Shown here one piece after another: positions 10,005-18,805 of a DNA stretch of 64,000 nucleotides (position 1 is the stretch's first letter; each line of letters begins with the position of its first letter). Location of the stretch: contig JBGANV010000001.1 in NCBI GenBank assembly GCA_044222185.1, positions 1,888,001 to 1,952,000 of the forward strand. Reading direction: 5' to 3'. The position numbers and the translations under genes were made by a program. The notes under the pieces are model-generated. The model was not told the DNA's origin, searched no databases, and saw only the letters and a program-made list of their open reading frames with translations. Origin of the DNA: Planctomycetota bacterium (GTDB taxonomy: Bacteria; Planctomycetota; GCA-002687715; CAIWVZ01).

Positions 10005-10609
10005 TTGACGCTCTCGTAGGGCGGCTCGAACAGGGGCGCGGGCTCGGCGAAACCGGGCCTGAAGCACTGGCGGCAACGGGCCTCGTAGGAATCGGCGCCG
10101 CCCACCAGGATCTGCCCGCCTCGGCCCGACGTCCGCTGGTTGCGAAGGGCTGGATTTCCGCAGACGACGCAGATCGCCAGGTTCTTCGTCACGTACTCGG
10201 CTTCGACGATCATGGCGGCCATCGTCTGAAACGGCTTGCCCAGGTAGTCCTGTTCGAGGCCGGCCACGATCACCCGTTTGCCCCGCCCCGCGAGCTCGCG
10301 GCAGACGTTCACGAGATCCACCTCGAAGAACTGGGCTTCGTCGATGCCGATGACCTGCACCTGGTCGGTCGTGAACTCGAGGATCTCCTCCGAACGAGAG
10401 ACGACGCGCGACGGGATCCGCTGGGACGAGTGGGAGACGACGTCCTCGGCGTCATACCGGCGGTCGATGGCCGGCTTGAAGACGCGAACGGCCTGGCGGG
10501 CGATCAACGCGCGACGCAGGCGGCGGATCAGCTCCTCGGTCTTGCCCGAGAACATGCTGCCGCAGATCACCTCGATGAATCCCGAACCCTCGCGCCAGAG
10601 CGTGTTCAT
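10001..10609 (-). CDS. tdk: Thymidine kinase
   Basis: GSMFSGKTEEL P-loop, IGIDEAQFF, AICVVCG and YEARCRQCF zinc lasso. Confidence 0.96.
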   Translation of the reverse strand: MNTLWREGSGFIEVICGSMFSGKTEELIRRLRRALIARQAVRVFKPAIDRRYDAEDVVSHSSQRIPSRVVSRSEEILEFTTDQVQVIGIDEAQFFEVDLVNVCRELAGRGKRVIVAGLEQDYLGKPFQTMAAMIVEAEYVTKNLAICVVCGNPALRNQRTSGRGGQILVGGADSYEARCRQCFRPGFAEPAPLFEPPYESVK

Positions 10610-10756
10610 CCTGCGCGCCTTCGTCCCACGGCGTTCGAAGTGCAGCCGGAGGAGATCCGACCGACGGCCCCTCCGGTGGGGCCACGGCGGATCCGGCTGC
10701 CGTGCGGGCGGGATGGTATCAGCTTCGCCGCGCCCGTCGCCCCCCGGAACGTCTGC

Positions 10757-11842
10757 TCAGAGCGTGATCCGGTGGCACGGGATTTCCGTGCTCAACAGCG
10801 GCGCGCCGTCGGACGACTTCTCGCCGAGAGCATCGAGGAACCGACGCCAGAGCCGGCTGACGAGCGAAAGGTAGAGCTCCTTCGACTCCTCGCTCATGTC
10901 GACGCGCCCGGCTGCCATGGTGTTGTGGCCGCCGCCGACGCCGTCGTTCGCGAGAACGGTCCGGACGAGATCGCCGGCGTCCTTGTCACCCTGGTTGGTG
11001 CGCACTGAGAGGTAGATGCGCTTTTCGTGGTAGCCGAAGCATCCCGACCACTGGACGCCCTCGAGCCGAAGGAACCGGTCGGCCACGTCCGCCACCATGT
11101 CCGGGTAGGAGACGTGCCCGAGTTCGGTGAGGACGCAGCGGTTGTAGACCACGGCCCTGCCGATGGCCTTGCGGAATTCCTCGAAGTACGCCCGTTTCAG
11201 CGGCGGGTTTTGCACCCGCCCGAGCAGATCACGGTCCACGCGCCGCAAGAGCCACTCGTAGGCGAGGATGTCGTTCTCGAACGTGCGGCGGGTGAGGTCG
11301 ATGGTGTCCGATTTGATGCCGATGAACAGGGCCGTCGCGACCCGCGGCTCGGGCTCGAGCCGGCACTCCTGCATGTACTCCGTCAGGATCGTGCACGTCG
11401 ACCCGTAGCCCGTGCGGACGTCGTGGTACGGAAGGTCCTTCGTCGACTCGACGAACGGGTGGTGGTCGACGCAACCGACCAGAGGCAATCGATCGACGTC
11501 CGGCATGTAGCCGAAGTCGGGCTGGGCGTCGACGAGGAAGGCGGCATCGTAGCGCGACTGGTCGACTTTGCGCGCCGGCTGGAGCTCGGGCGCCACCAGG
11601 TCGGCGAGCTGGCGGTTCTCGGCCCGCCCGATGAGACCCCGGTAGCAGAGCCCCACTTCCTTGCCGAACTCATCCTGCAGGATCTGGCGCATGGCGAGCG
11701 CCGCGCCCAGGGAGTCGGGGTCCGGGTTCATGTGGCAGTAGACCAGGACCCGCGGCTTCTTGTCGAGCGCCTGCCTGAGCCTGGCCATGCGCGGCGTGAG
11801 GACGACCGCCTGCCCTGCGCTCCCACCACTCCTGTTGATCAT
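10757..11842 (-). CDS. DHH/DHHA1 phosphoesterase (NrnA-like)
   Basis: HMNPDPDS, VDHH, GIKSDT, LSVRT, GGGH motifs. ATG 11842 overlaps the upstream stop (ATGA). Confidence 0.88.
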   Translation of the reverse strand: MINRSGGSAGQAVVLTPRMARLRQALDKKPRVLVYCHMNPDPDSLGAALAMRQILQDEFGKEVGLCYRGLIGRAENRQLADLVAPELQPARKVDQSRYDAAFLVDAQPDFGYMPDVDRLPLVGCVDHHPFVESTKDLPYHDVRTGYGSTCTILTEYMQECRLEPEPRVATALFIGIKSDTIDLTRRTFENDILAYEWLLRRVDRDLLGRVQNPPLKRAYFEEFRKAIGRAVVYNRCVLTELGHVSYPDMVADVADRFLRLEGVQWSGCFGYHEKRIYLSVRTNQGDKDAGDLVRTVLANDGVGGGHNTMAAGRVDMSEESKELYLSLVSRLWRRFLDALGEKSSDGAPLLSTEIPCHRITL

Positions 11843-12726
11843 CCCGTCGCGCCTCCAACCCAACCCAGTTGCCGTTCCGCGTCCTCGGCTCCGCCGATGA
11901 CTTGCGCTGACGAAGCCCCGGGGGCTGGTCGCCAGGCAAACGGAAGACTCCTGCTGATGACATCGCGCAAAAAGCCCGTGTCACCGGAGCCCGAGTCACC
12001 GGGCCCTGTCGTTCGAGTCCGGAGATCGTGCTCCGAAATCAGGAGAAACCCAAGTTTCGCGCTGAACGCGTTGGTCCACATCGCAAGCGGCGCGCCAACT
12101 CCCGAGGCAGCGGCACGGCCCGTCCAGCCGGAGTCCAGCGCCAACCCGACGCGGCGGCCCGACAGCCCTTCGAGGAGCCACCCGGCCGTCTCTAAGTCCA
12201 TGAAGGACAGCGGGTCAGCATCGGGCAGGAGCAAGACTCGGACGGGGTCGACCAGCCGGGCCACGTCGAACACGACTCGGCAGATGGCTTCTGCGTGGGC
12301 GGCGCGAGCGGCGGCACGTGCGGAGGTCGACGCGGTCGAAGTCGCTCCAACGTCCGGTACGTTCGACGCGAGGGCCGACGCCTCGTCGCCCGACACGGCG
12401 CGCCCCACGGGGACGATCAGGGTTCGCGTGCGCGTCACCGAGAGAAGGTCGAAGGAGCGAGTGAGCGCGGCGTGCGCGCGGTCACGCCAGGCCGGGTCGG
12501 CGGCCGCGATCGTCCACGTGGACTCGCCGTCGATCGCCGTGGGCGCCACGATCGCCGTCGTCGGCGGTCGCAACACGGACGCAGCGGCCAGGTCGGCGTC
12601 GAGCGCACCGTCCGGCGGCGCGCCCTCGAGTACGAGCGATGGCGCCCCGAGATCCAGCAGCCGCTTGGCAACCGGAAGGAGTCCATGGACACGGACGGCG
12701 TCGAGTCGGGTCGAGACCGGGATCAT
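11839..12726 (-). CDS. Hypothetical protein, possibly a degenerate xylose-isomerase-like TIM barrel
   Basis: Fits exactly between purB and the DHH gene. AAADPAWRDRA and VGLALDSGW weakly resemble the AP-endonuclease-2 fold. Confidence 0.5.
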   Translation of the reverse strand: MIPVSTRLDAVRVHGLLPVAKRLLDLGAPSLVLEGAPPDGALDADLAAASVLRPPTTAIVAPTAIDGESTWTIAAADPAWRDRAHAALTRSFDLLSVTRTRTLIVPVGRAVSGDEASALASNVPDVGATSTASTSARAAARAAHAEAICRVVFDVARLVDPVRVLLLPDADPLSFMDLETAGWLLEGLSGRRVGLALDSGWTGRAAASGVGAPLAMWTNAFSAKLGFLLISEHDLRTRTTGPGDSGSGDTGFLRDVISRSLPFAWRPAPGASSAQVIGGAEDAERQLGWVGGATG

Positions 12727-12729
12727 CCC

Positions 12730-14169
12730 TCAGACCCGGATTTCGTCCGCGATCGGCGCTTCGTTCCGATCGCGCAGGATCGGATCCACGCGCTCGGCGA
12801 TGAAGGCGACGACCTGGTCGGGTGCACGTCCCACGTAGCGCTCGGGGACGAGGTCGCCGGCCATGCTGGTGACGGTCGCGGCGAGCGTCGGTTCCCTCCG
12901 GGCTCGTTCCAGGAAGTCGTTCGCCCCGCCCTCCTCCTTCACGTGCTCCTGCGCCGCGATCGACAACTTGCGGATGGTCTCGTGGAGGGCCTGACGGTCG
13001 CCGCCCGCGCGGACGGCATGCATGAGGATCTCCTCCGAGGCGATCAGCGGAAGCTGCTCCCGCGCGTGACGGGCGATCACCCGCTCGCGCACGATCAGCC
13101 CGCGGCAGACGTTGGAAAGCAACTCGAGGATGGAGTCCGCGGAGAGGAAGCCCTCGCTCAACGCGAGACGACGATTCGCCGAATCGTCGAGCGTCCGCTC
13201 GAGCCACTGCTGCGCCGCCGTGTGAGCCGGGTTCTGCGCGAGGATGATCAGATAGCGCGACAGGGAGCAGATTCGTTCGCTCCGCATCGGGTTGCGCTTG
13301 TACGCCATGGCGGACGAACCGATCTGGTTGCTCTCGAACGGCTCCTCGATCTCGTTTTCGTGGCAGAGCAGGCGGATGTCGCCAGCGAGCTTCTGCGCCG
13401 ACTGCCCGAGGGACGCCAGGAGGTTCAGCACGCGGCTGTCCTGCTTGCGTGAGTAGGTCTGGCCCGTGACGGGCACGATCTCAGTGAATCCCAGTCGTGC
13501 GGCGAACCGGCGCTCGAGATCGAGCACCCGGTCGCGATCACCGTCGAAGAGTTTCAGGAACGAGTCCTGCGTCCCCGTGGCCCCCTTCAACCCACGGAAC
13601 CGGAGGGTCGCCTGAACGAACTCGAGCTCCTCGTGATCGGAAACGAGGTCGTTCAGCCACAGCGCCGCACGTTTCCCGACGGTCGTGAACTGCGCCGGCT
13701 GATAATGCGTGAACGCGACGCACGCCCGGTCCTTTTCCCTCAGCGCGAAGTCCCGCAGGTGGCGGATCACCCCGCGGAGCTTCCGGCCGACGAGCTCCAG
13801 GGCCTCCCGCATGATGATCAGGTCGGCGTTGTCGGTGACGTCGCACGACGTCGCGCCCAGATGGAGGATCGGGCCGGCCTCGGGGCACTGCTCCTTCAGG
13901 AGGTGGACGTGTGCCATCACGTCGTGCCGGAGCTTGCGCTCGAATTCAGCCGCGCGCTCCAGATCGGCATCGTCCAGATGGTGGCCGATGGCATCCACCT
14001 GGGCCTGTGAAACGGGAAGCCCGAGCTCGCGCTGGGAGGCCGCGAGAGCCAGCCAGATCCGGCGCCAGACGCCGATGCGGCGGCGCTCGGAGAACAGAGC
14101 CGACATGGCTCGGCTCGCGTACCGGGTGGCGAGGTGGCTCTCGTACGTGGAACCCGCTGGCTGTGTCAT
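12730..14169 (-). CDS. purB: Adenylosuccinate lyase
   Basis: RHDVMAH, HLGATSC, THYQPAQ, GSSAMAYKRNP, QWLERTLDDS motifs. Confidence 0.97.
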   Translation of the reverse strand: MTQPAGSTYESHLATRYASRAMSALFSERRRIGVWRRIWLALAASQRELGLPVSQAQVDAIGHHLDDADLERAAEFERKLRHDVMAHVHLLKEQCPEAGPILHLGATSCDVTDNADLIIMREALELVGRKLRGVIRHLRDFALREKDRACVAFTHYQPAQFTTVGKRAALWLNDLVSDHEELEFVQATLRFRGLKGATGTQDSFLKLFDGDRDRVLDLERRFAARLGFTEIVPVTGQTYSRKQDSRVLNLLASLGQSAQKLAGDIRLLCHENEIEEPFESNQIGSSAMAYKRNPMRSERICSLSRYLIILAQNPAHTAAQQWLERTLDDSANRRLALSEGFLSADSILELLSNVCRGLIVRERVIARHAREQLPLIASEEILMHAVRAGGDRQALHETIRKLSIAAQEHVKEEGGANDFLERARREPTLAATVTSMAGDLVPERYVGRAPDQVVAFIAERVDPILRDRNEAPIADEIRV

Positions 14170-14178
14170 GACGTGCTC

Positions 14179-14730
14179 TCAACCCGTCGCGCAGGCGGTG
14201 CACAGCGACGGCTGGCCGCTTGCGGAGGTGGTCAGACGATGACACGCGGGGCGGGAGCAGGGCAACACTCGCAACCGGAACGGTGTGCTCGCGGGGTAGA
14301 CCGGATCGGCGCGACGGTGCTGGGCGTATCGCACGAGGTCGTACGCCGCGCGTTGGACGGTCCAGCGAATCCAGGCCGTTCCCAGGTTCATCCGGTCCGT
14401 GACGAGCGCCGGCCCGAGGTCGATGGGCGACGTCAGGCTCCCCCGCCCGCTCGGATCGGTGCGGATGACCGCCTTCAGCCGGATCGTCTCGAGGATCGGG
14501 TTCAGCTGGTCGAGGTCGAGCGGCTCTCCGTCCTCGATCGCCTGGAGGGCGCCGCGCATGGCAGCCACGTTGTTGTGGAGGTACGCCAGCGCCTTGAGAC
14601 GCGACCAGTCCGGCTGGCTGACGAACTCCCTCGATCGGGCCGGGATCACGGCGAGCATCGATTCGTCGGTCGTCCATTCGACCTGCGCGTTCAAGAGCGC
14701 GACGAACGATTGGAATGCCGCTCCGTCCAT
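14179..14730 (-). CDS. Hypothetical protein with C-terminal zinc ribbon (ABATE/CGNR-like)
   Basis: C-terminal CSRPAC-x12-CTAC after a helical region (LDLDQLNPIL). 9 bp upstream of purB. Confidence 0.55.
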   Translation of the reverse strand: MDGAAFQSFVALLNAQVEWTTDESMLAVIPARSREFVSQPDWSRLKALAYLHNNVAAMRGALQAIEDGEPLDLDQLNPILETIRLKAVIRTDPSGRGSLTSPIDLGPALVTDRMNLGTAWIRWTVQRAAYDLVRYAQHRRADPVYPASTPFRLRVLPCSRPACHRLTTSASGQPSLCTACATG

Positions 14731-14837
14731 GAGGCGGACGAGTGTAACCCCGCCGCGGAAGGCGGCGAGGTTGCTGGAGGGGTCACGCCGTCGGCGTCTC
14801 GGGACCGACCGGCGTGACGAAGAGCCTCAGGCGCAGG

Positions 14838-16775
14838 TCACCGATCCTCGTCGTCCTCGTCCTTCTCGCCCGCCTTCGCGGGAGCGGTGCGGACATGCGA
14901 CCTCATCGCCTCCTGGCGAACCCCGACGGCAACGCCGGCGCCAAGCGCGATGGCGGGCAGCGTGATCGTCATCGGCGAGTAGTAATCGGTGTAGATCCCG
15001 CTGTCGAGGCTCTGCACCGTGGAGATCGTCCCGAACAGGTGCTTGCAGATCGCCTCGCTGCTCGGGAAGGCCGCCATGTTCAGCTCGAGGCCGTCCATCT
15101 CCGGGATCGAGCCCGGGACGACGGTCTGGAGGATCGGGATCACGGTCTCGACGAGCATGCTCGCGGCCGCGCCCGTGTCCAGATAGCCGACGCCCGAGTT
15201 CCCAGCGTCCTGATTCTCGGCCTTCAGACGCGCGAAGCCGCGCGCGAAGTCCTCGCGCGTCGGCAGTCCGCCTTCCTTGCGCGCCATCGCCGAGATCACG
15301 TTCTTCGCCGCCTGGGGCCAGAGCGTGACGAGAAGGTAGTCGCCGACGAAGGCGTACGAAGGACGGAAGTTCATCCAATCCTCGGGGAACACCCCCATCT
15401 CACCCGTCTCGATGTAGTTGATGGTCGTCTCGCCCCACTTAATCGAACCGTGGGCGCTCTTCGCCTTGGACTTCTTGATGGCCCGGTCGATCAGGCCCTC
15501 GATCTTCGCGCGGTCCTTCACACGGATCATCACACCCATGTCCGGGATCAGGCCGGACTTCGGCATCGCAGCGAACGCGGCGTATTCGGGGCCGAGGTTG
15601 GCGAGGACGTCCTCGCGAAGCTTGACGCTCATGGCCTTCTCGAATCCGGCGATCCCCTCGTGCATCTCCTTGGCGCCGTGTTCGTCCTGGGCCTCGATCA
15701 TCGCCGTGAAGGAGTCGTAGTACTCGCCCATGTTCAGGCCGCTCGCCTGCGCCAGGAAGCTGCCCTTCGGCACCATGGCCAGAAGCTTGGCCGCGTCGAT
15801 CTTCGCGAGGAGCTTGCGGTAGAAAGTGTCGGCTGGAGCGCCGAGGAAAAGGCGCTCTCGGAAGCCGGGGCCGTCGAGGTCGAGTCCGAAGGCGACGGAC
15901 TCCAGCTTGTCGAAGCCCATCGCCGCCATGGGCTTCTTCGCCTCCGGCGATTCAGCAGCGATCATGGCCATGATCGGCTTCAGCCCGACGTAGACCGATC
16001 CGACCGTCTTGGGCCGCATGACCTGTTGCGCGGCCGTGGCGTACGTCGCATTGGTGACGAGCGAGCCGCCGGTCTCTCCCGACTTCACACGTCCCATGGC
16101 CTGTTCGAGGTGCGCATCGCTCGTTCCGGCGAGGAACCAGCCTTCGTGAACGAGCCACGACACCCCGCTGAACGGGCGCTTGGCGTCCGCCTCGCCGGGG
16201 ACGGCGACGTGCTTGGCCGGGACGCCGCCGATCTTCACGTCCGTCGGCTGGACGCCGCCCATGGTCTCCAGCATCTGCTCGAACGACTTGAGGATGTTCT
16301 GGAACGCCTCCTGCCGGCCGCGGAGGTCCATGGCAAGCATCAGATCGATGCTGGGCGGGCCCATCCCGCCACGTGCCGGCGGCTCGAACCGGGTCACGCC
16401 AAAGAGGACGCGCGTGGTTCCCAGTGCCTCGAGGTCGGCCCGTGAGAGCCCCATCTGCTGGAGCTGGGCGTCCATCTGCTCCTGCCCGGCGTGGAACTTC
16501 TCCATCATCCCGCTTATGAACTCCTGCACCTCAGGCTCGTTGATGATCTTCCCGAGCGCCAGTTCCTTGCCGGACTCCTGCCACGGCGCGCCGTTGATCG
16601 AGACCATGCCGAGCGTTTCGGCGGGGAACAGCGCGGCCGGGTCGAGGCCGCCGATGGTCCCCGGACGAACCGCAACGCGGTCTGACCATGCAGCCGCCGC
16701 AACCAGCACGGCCGCAAGTGCCATCGGAGCCGCAATTCTCTTGCAGGCGCCGGCTCCGTGAAGAACGTTCATCAT
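14838..16775 (-). CDS. Exported DUF3352-like protein with C-terminal hydrophobic helix
   Basis: SD AAGAGGAG before ATG 16775, signal-like N-terminus, PAETLGMVSI, LREDVLANLGPE, PSSEAICKHLFG, C-terminal ITLPAIALGAGVAVGV. Family assignment is from recall. Confidence 0.65.
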   Translation of the reverse strand: MMNVLHGAGACKRIAAPMALAAVLVAAAAWSDRVAVRPGTIGGLDPAALFPAETLGMVSINGAPWQESGKELALGKIINEPEVQEFISGMMEKFHAGQEQMDAQLQQMGLSRADLEALGTTRVLFGVTRFEPPARGGMGPPSIDLMLAMDLRGRQEAFQNILKSFEQMLETMGGVQPTDVKIGGVPAKHVAVPGEADAKRPFSGVSWLVHEGWFLAGTSDAHLEQAMGRVKSGETGGSLVTNATYATAAQQVMRPKTVGSVYVGLKPIMAMIAAESPEAKKPMAAMGFDKLESVAFGLDLDGPGFRERLFLGAPADTFYRKLLAKIDAAKLLAMVPKGSFLAQASGLNMGEYYDSFTAMIEAQDEHGAKEMHEGIAGFEKAMSVKLREDVLANLGPEYAAFAAMPKSGLIPDMGVMIRVKDRAKIEGLIDRAIKKSKAKSAHGSIKWGETTINYIETGEMGVFPEDWMNFRPSYAFVGDYLLVTLWPQAAKNVISAMARKEGGLPTREDFARGFARLKAENQDAGNSGVGYLDTGAAASMLVETVIPILQTVVPGSIPEMDGLELNMAAFPSSEAICKHLFGTISTVQSLDSGIYTDYYSPMTITLPAIALGAGVAVGVRQEAMRSHVRTAPAKAGEKDEDDEDR

Positions 16776-16852
16776 GTTCAATCTCCTCTTCGCTCCCGGC
16801 GGTCGTCGCCACCGCGACGTTGGCACATGACAGACCCCGGGAAGACAGTGCC

Positions 16853-16879
16853 TATTCGGCAAGACGCGCATGGCTTTTC
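16853..16879 (-). promoter_or_regulatory. Candidate sigma-28 promoter (GAAA-N15-GCCGAATA)
   Basis: Matches TAAA-N15-GCCGATAA with exact spacing, about 78 nt upstream of ATG 16775. Confidence 0.35.
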
Positions 16880-16980
16880 GACAAAGACGGAAGACGTCCG
16901 GTCCGAGTCGATGCCTGTTCGGGTGCAAGGGTGCCGCGGCGCGGCCCCACGTTCAACCGGTGCGACAGCGATCGTCCGGA

Positions 16981-17496
16981 CTAGTTCGGTCGCCCGAACC
17001 GGGCCCAGATCGCCGTCTCGATGCAGCGGTCCAGATCCGAGCGGTCCTTGCCGCCCGTCGCCAATGCGAGGACGACCGCCCCCCCGAGGATCAGGAAACC
17101 CAGCAGGGGCCCGCGCCGACGGCCGGGGGCTTTCGGCCAAGGGAGCATGAGGGCGACGGCCGCCCCGGCACCGTCGAGGACGAGGTCGAAAAGACTGCAG
17201 GTCCGGCCCGGGGTGAACGCCTGATGGATCTCGTCCGTGAATCCAAAGGCGGTCGTCACGCCCCAGGCGACCATGCCGGCGAGGGTTCCGAGGCCTGCGG
17301 CTCGTCCGTGCCGATCCGCGGCGATCGCCAGAAGCGCCGCGAGTCCGCCGAAGGCGGCGATGTGGCAGAGATTCCCGTAGGGCCCGGTGGGCCCGCGGTA
17401 CCGAACGGATCCGATCTCGATGGAGTCGCGGTGCGACTCCCAGATGATCATTCCCATCAGTGCGAGGGCGGCCGCCAAGGCGATCGCCCTTCGCAC
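16981..17496 (-). CDS. VanZ family membrane protein
   Basis: NLCHIAAFGGL, FGFTDEIHQAFTPGRTCSLFDLVLD. GTG 17496 lies 14 bp after the fliA stop. Confidence 0.85.
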   Translation of the reverse strand: MRRAIALAAALALMGMIIWESHRDSIEIGSVRYRGPTGPYGNLCHIAAFGGLAALLAIAADRHGRAAGLGTLAGMVAWGVTTAFGFTDEIHQAFTPGRTCSLFDLVLDGAGAAVALMLPWPKAPGRRRGPLLGFLILGGAVVLALATGGKDRSDLDRCIETAIWARFGRPN

Positions 17497-17510
17497 GTCG
17501 ATCCGACGGG

Positions 17511-18383
17511 TCAGGCCGGAACACCCACTTTGCGCGTCGCCTGGTCGCGGAGCCGCATCATGACGTTGCTGTGGATCTGGCAAACGCGTGATTCCGTGAG
17601 GTCGAGGATCCGGCCGATCTCCTTCATCGTGAGACCCTCGTAGTAGTACATGATCACGATGCGCTTTTCCTTGTGACTGAGGTTCTTGGTGAGGACCTCG
17701 ATCACGTCGCGGCGGTGCAGTTCGTCCACCGGTGTACCCGTGCGACGGTCGGCGATGATCTCCGAGTTCTCGAGCCCGCCGTCTTCCTGCTGCTCATCGA
17801 ACTTGTCCGAAAGCGAGAAGATCGTCGCGGCGTTCGATTCCTCGTTCATCTCGCGGTATTCCGTGAGCTTCACGCCGAGCTCTTCCGCCATCTCGTAGTC
17901 CGTCGGCTCCCGGCCAAGGCGCGCTTCGACCGCCTTGTAGGCGCGAGCGATCCGGTTGGCTTTCAGACGCACGAGGCGCGGCACCCAATCCTGGCTGCGC
18001 AGCTCGTCGAGAATCGAGCCGCGGATGCGCATCGTGCAGTAGGTCTTGAACTTGATCCCACGGGTCATGTCGAAGCCGTCGATGGCGTCCATGAGGCCGA
18101 AGAGGCCGGCGGAGGTCAGGTCATCGAGCTCGATGCTTCGCGGGAGCGTCGCGAGAAGTCTCTCGGAGATGTAGCGGACCAACGGGTAGTACGTCTCGAT
18201 CAGGCGGTTGCGGAGCACCGGGTCGCTCGTCGCCTTGAACCGACCCCAGACCTCGTCGAGCTCTCGCGACTCCGTCACGGGCGGGTGGACGGGCGCCGGG
18301 GGCGCAACTTCTTTCCGAGCGGCGACGGCCTTCGGACGGACGACCTTCTTGTGCGCCTTGCGGGAACTCTTGACGTGACCCAT
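17511..18383 (-). CDS. fliA: FliA/WhiG family (sigma-28) RNA polymerase sigma factor
   Basis: RNRLIETYYPLVRY, DDLTSAGLFGLMDAI, RGIKFKTY, RIRGSILDELRSQDWVPR, YYYEGLTMKEIG, TESRVCQIH. CAGGAG SD before ATG 18383. Confidence 0.93.
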   Translation of the reverse strand: MGHVKSSRKAHKKVVRPKAVAARKEVAPPAPVHPPVTESRELDEVWGRFKATSDPVLRNRLIETYYPLVRYISERLLATLPRSIELDDLTSAGLFGLMDAIDGFDMTRGIKFKTYCTMRIRGSILDELRSQDWVPRLVRLKANRIARAYKAVEARLGREPTDYEMAEELGVKLTEYREMNEESNAATIFSLSDKFDEQQEDGGLENSEIIADRRTGTPVDELHRRDVIEVLTKNLSHKEKRIVIMYYYEGLTMKEIGRILDLTESRVCQIHSNVMMRLRDQATRKVGVPA

Positions 18384-18506
18384 GTCGGACTCCTGTTTCA
18401 CGCTCTCGTCGGCGATGGAGTCCGAAGCGCGGAGGACTTCGTGGGACTGCGGTGCTTCTGGCGAGGAGGTTTCCTCGCAGGCCACCGCGGCCTCGGCTGT
18501 CACCCT

Positions 18507-18601
18507 TGCTTCGGTAACTGGCTGCCATTCCGCTCGCGCGAGCGGGGAAGGCCCTACAGCTTTGCGTCCCACTCTTTCGAGTGGTTTGCCTTTGTCGTGC
18601 A
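18507..18601 (-). ncRNA. Cyclic di-GMP-I (GEMM) riboswitch aptamer
   Basis: Minus strand reads UGCACGACAAAGGCAAACCACUCGAAAGAGUGGGACGCAAAGCUGUAGGGCCU...GGCAGCCAGUUACCGAAGCA. It has the GEMM P2 (GGCAAACC-ACUC GAAA GAGU-GGGACGCAAAGC), P3, the UUACCG junction, and P1 pairing UGC-A-CG/CG-AA-GCA. Confidence 0.92.
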
Positions 18602-18805
18602 GCGCAACAGCGCTACGCGCTCACCGTTTCACATTCACATATCGGCCGGAGACCGGCCGTGTCGTCGGCACCGTTGCCGAGGACGCGCGGGAGTCTACCC
18701 GAGAGGTTTTGTAGGTGCCAACTCATTTTTTGGTTTTTTTCCACCGCGCAAAAAACCCCGGCTGAGCGGCGCGTGCCCCAGGTAACCGGCACGGGCAGAT
18801 GCGCT

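Noticed and set aside
10610-10756. TPP riboswitch upstream of the tdk-thiD operon
   Set aside because: No CTGAGA or CCTGA..TAATG core. thiE likewise has no leader because it overlaps the efflux gene stop.
18384-18572. 63-codon N-terminal extension of the sigma factor in the ORF track
   Set aside because: Region is the riboswitch and expression platform; the SD-supported start is 18383.
18705-18721. TGGCAC sigma-54 -24 box upstream of fliA (minus strand)
   Set aside because: No GC/TTGC at the -12 position.
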